From Amoebophrya sp. A120 (lineage: Eukaryota; Protista; Dinoflagellata): a DNA stretch of 64,000 bases. The translations under genes and the position numbers were made by a program. The notes under the pieces were generated by a model. That model made no database searches. It was not told the origin of the DNA and worked only from the letters and a program-made list of their open reading frames with translations. This document shows positions 61,601-64,000 of the stretch, one piece after another; the stretch's first letter is position 1, and the number at the start of each line of letters is the position of its first letter. The DNA is taken from the NCBI GenBank assembly GCA_905178155.1, contig CAJINV010000004.1, forward strand, positions 8,080,144 through 8,144,143, in the 5' to 3' direction.

Positions 61601-63690
61601 ACTTGAACAAGACACACCGGTGGCTGTACCCGATGGCAGAAGTCAAGACAAGTTCGTCCTCTTACTACGAAAGATCCGGCAACCCGCTGGTGCCCGTGAA
61701 AATGACGAGCTTGCTGAACACGGAGGATGAAGAACCCGCGGTGCAGCTCAGGTTCGGGAAAAACCACCTCGAATCGGATTTCTACGGGTGGGACAACGAG
61801 TTTGACAGTGAGCAGGCGAGTTTGTTGCCGTTTCAGGTCAGCCAAACGCTGGTGTCCAACGCGGAGTTTTTAGAATTTGTGTTGGACGACGGGTACAAAA
61901 AAAAGCACTTCTGGACGGAGGAAGGGTGGCGGTTCGTCCAGGACCTCAACGTGGACCGGCCGCGGTTCTTATGCAAGAAGAAAAGTGTGGAAGTGTGAGT
62001 CTGTAATGCATAAGTGCGTACCACAATTATCACTTGTCATGCTAGCCAGCCACGATGTCCTTTTTTCATGAGTGTTTTTGAGTACTAGCTGCGCATGACA
62101 GGATTTCTTTGTCATACAGAGCAAATTTGTCATGCAGTCATGGCACAAGACACGTTCACTAAACACAGTTTTTTTCCTTTGGACACTTCTGGCTCGACGC
62201 GGATAACGAAGTCGAAATGCAAACCGGCCGACCGTATAAAATGTAAAAATGTCTGGGCCTGGAAGATTCCCAGGCCTGTCATGCAGATTTTCCATGATCC
62301 ATGTCGTCTGGAATGCAGGACCTAGCATGACAGGTTCTGTGAGAGTTCTATCATGCCTATCCGGCATGAGAAACTGCCTCTCACTTAGATCAAAATTGGA
62401 CAGCTTTTGGCATTCATGCAACACAGATTTTTGCACGATCCAGAATTAGCATTACAAGTTGCAACCTTCCAGACCCAGACATATTTGCAGTTCATAGACC
62501 GGTGACCAGCAGCGTGACGAAAGCTGAGCTGGACCAGGTTTTACTACAACTTGATGGTAAGAACAAAAACCACGAGCAGATGCAAAAGAAACAGGACAAG
62601 CACAAAAATTTCGTCTACCGGGCCATGCTCTCCATCATCCCCATGCCGTGGGACTGGCCGGCGGAGGTCAACTATGCACTGCAAATCTGTTTGGTGTTCT
62701 GGAACAATGCTTAAATTTGTCATGCCTTTCTAGCATGACAACTCTGAGGTTTCTTATGCCCTCTTGCCTGTCATGCAAAAACGCACTCTCGTCCCAACAT
62801 GCGGAATTCGCAAAACATCAGAAATTTGTGATGCGTGGCTGCATTTTCAAGTACGCTCATCAATCGCAGACTTGCATCACAAGTTCGTCCCAGACCTAAA
62901 CATTTTTGCATTTGATATGAACCAGCTCGAGGCAGCGGCGTTTTGCAAGTGGAAGGCGGAGAAATTGAGCCAGCCGGATTTGCGACTGCTGGGGCATCCA
63001 GAGCAACTGTACCTGGCGCTGCATTGCGAAAAGGGGTTTGGGAAGAACGCAAATTTAGCAGGTTTTGCGTCGCCGACCAGCGTGAATGTGCACTATGGGT
63101 ACAGCAATTGTAGTACACCGTCGGAGGTGGATTCATCATCGTCAAATAACCCGAAAGAGAAAAAAACGAAAATCTACGACATTGAGGGGAATGTTTGGCG
63201 GCACTCGATCTCCGTACTCACCCTAATGGACGGGTTTCAGCCGCACATTGCCTACGACGATTTTACCCTCCCTACCATTGATGGGGAGCACAACTTTATC
63301 GCAAGAAAAACTGTCTCAGTCTCAAAACTTTGCAGACGCAGCAATACAAATTTGCCAAGCAAGAAACAAAAAATCTGTGATGCGTTCAAACATCAAGGGA
63401 TAACACGTAAGGAAGGACGTCTTTCTTGATGCATTTCCGGCATGACAAAAAACTGTCTCAAGGAAGTTGCGCATTACAGCTTGAGAGTGAGTAGACTGTG
63501 ACAGTTTTTTCTCGCGACAAGTTTTATCCTGGGCGGGTCCTGGACCAGTATTGGAAACTGCGCGAACCCGGGGTCCAGGTACGGGTTCCGCCGGCACTTT
63601 TACCAGTACGCAGGGATCCGATTCTGTAGCGACTTCGGCGGGAAAAATCTGCCGGTACTTCTTGTTTTTCGTACGAACTTCTCGATGTAA
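55635..63690 (+). CDS. ovoA: Fusion of PLP-dependent class-V aminotransferase/C-S lyase and OvoA-type 5-histidylcysteine sulfoxide synthase (ovothiol pathway); 3' end uncertain
   Basis: N-terminal part: FVPNCSHG, DEITSQT, FIVDGTQ, DYYVLSTHKWLG. C-terminal part: LRHHLIFYLGHTAVFYWNKL, GVDEMSWDDL, MGAEHEKIHQETS, FYGWDNEF, MPWDWPAEVN, EGNVW, GGSW, RYGFRRHFYQYAG. The frame is continuous across 15 TIR introns. Confidence 0.88.
55728..55999. mobile_element. TIR introner, family B
   Basis: TSD CCCGC. Confidence 0.92.
56271..56534. mobile_element. TIR introner, family I (TATRACCYGCTCA..ACAATCTCAAA)
   Basis: TSD AAGCA. Confidence 0.88.
56578..56860. mobile_element. TIR introner, family B (ATC end)
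   Basis: TSD CTTGT/CTCGT. Confidence 0.88.
56956..57264. mobile_element. TIR introner, family C
   Basis: TSD CGTCC. Confidence 0.92.
57324..57588. mobile_element. TIR introner, family A
   Basis: TSD TCATG. Confidence 0.92.
58023..58231. mobile_element. TIR introner, family F-like
   Basis: TSD GCTCG. Confidence 0.87.
59126..59376. mobile_element. TIR introner, family A
   Basis: TSD CACAA. Confidence 0.93.
59730..59984. mobile_element. TIR introner, family A
   Basis: TSD GAAGT. Confidence 0.92.
60054..60332. mobile_element. TIR introner, family B with C-type outer right end
   Basis: TSD CGACC. Confidence 0.9.
60780..61032. mobile_element. TIR introner, family A
   Basis: TSD TCAGC. Confidence 0.93.
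61106..61426. mobile_element. TIR introner, family C
   Basis: TSD TGAAG/TAAAG. Confidence 0.92.
61970..62185. mobile_element. TIR introner, family F (ACA end)
   Basis: TSD GTTCT/CTTCT; restores PRFW. Confidence 0.82.
62235..62496. mobile_element. TIR introner, family A
   Basis: TSD GACCG. Confidence 0.92.
62673..62917. mobile_element. TIR introner, family A
   Basis: TSD TCAAC/TGAAC. Confidence 0.9.
63297..63519. mobile_element. TIR introner, family F (ACA end)
   Basis: TSD AACTT/AGTTT; restores HNFILGGSW. Confidence 0.85.
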
Positions 63691-64000
63691 GTTGTAGCCA
63701 TTTTATACGGAGGACCTTTCGTCCAGTACAACGACCCACATGAGCTATTCAAACTATTGTGTTCATAATTCACATTTTTGGGAACGACCGTTTAATTTGA
63801 TGTTGATCACACGAGACAAAGCAGAAGAAACAACTTTTCACGGTCTTCTTCCACCTATCCCCTACGAAAAACCTCTCGTGGTCTTGCAATAAAAGGGCGA
63901 AATACTAGAAACGAGTCGGTACTAGAGTGGTGAAAGTATATGTGCTTGTCTCGCGCAAAAATACAGAGGCTTCATTTGTTCGACCTTCTCTCACCAAAAA

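Noticed and set aside
63694-63704. GTAGCCATTTT resembling part of the dinoflagellate spliced leader
   Set aside because: Only an 11-nt match, and it lies downstream of a gene; likely chance.

Overview
This is eukaryotic genomic DNA that looks like a syndinian/dinoflagellate genome. The architecture closely resembles what I recall for Amoebophrya spp.; that assignment is an inference. Nine protein-coding genes can be reconstructed, all on the + strand: a large unknown protein, NAD(P)HX dehydratase, a PERK-like eIF2alpha kinase, a 57-aa membrane peptide, a CobW/COG0523 GTPase, a DUF4116-like protein, kinesin-13, an EEP-family nuclease/phosphatase, and a PLP C-S lyase::OvoA fusion. The ORF track is fragmented because the genes are interrupted by about 81 (hand count) MITE-like inserts, mostly 100-360 bp. 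Each has TAT...ATA termini, terminal inverted repeats (at least 9 TIR types) and a 5-bp target-site duplication (TSD). Removing an element plus 5 nt restores the reading frame and conserved protein motifs in every coding case checked, so the elements behave as non-canonical (non-GT-AG) introns ('introners'). Conserved codons across mismatched TSDs suggest a fixed splice register: the intron runs from 1 nt before TAT to 4 nt after ATA. The elements work in either orientation, share an internal TGT(C/G/A)ATGC motif across unrelated families, and occur only in genes. One pair sits back to back with a zero-length exon, and some copies appear to be converting into ordinary GT-AG introns. All coordinates and counts were made by eye.
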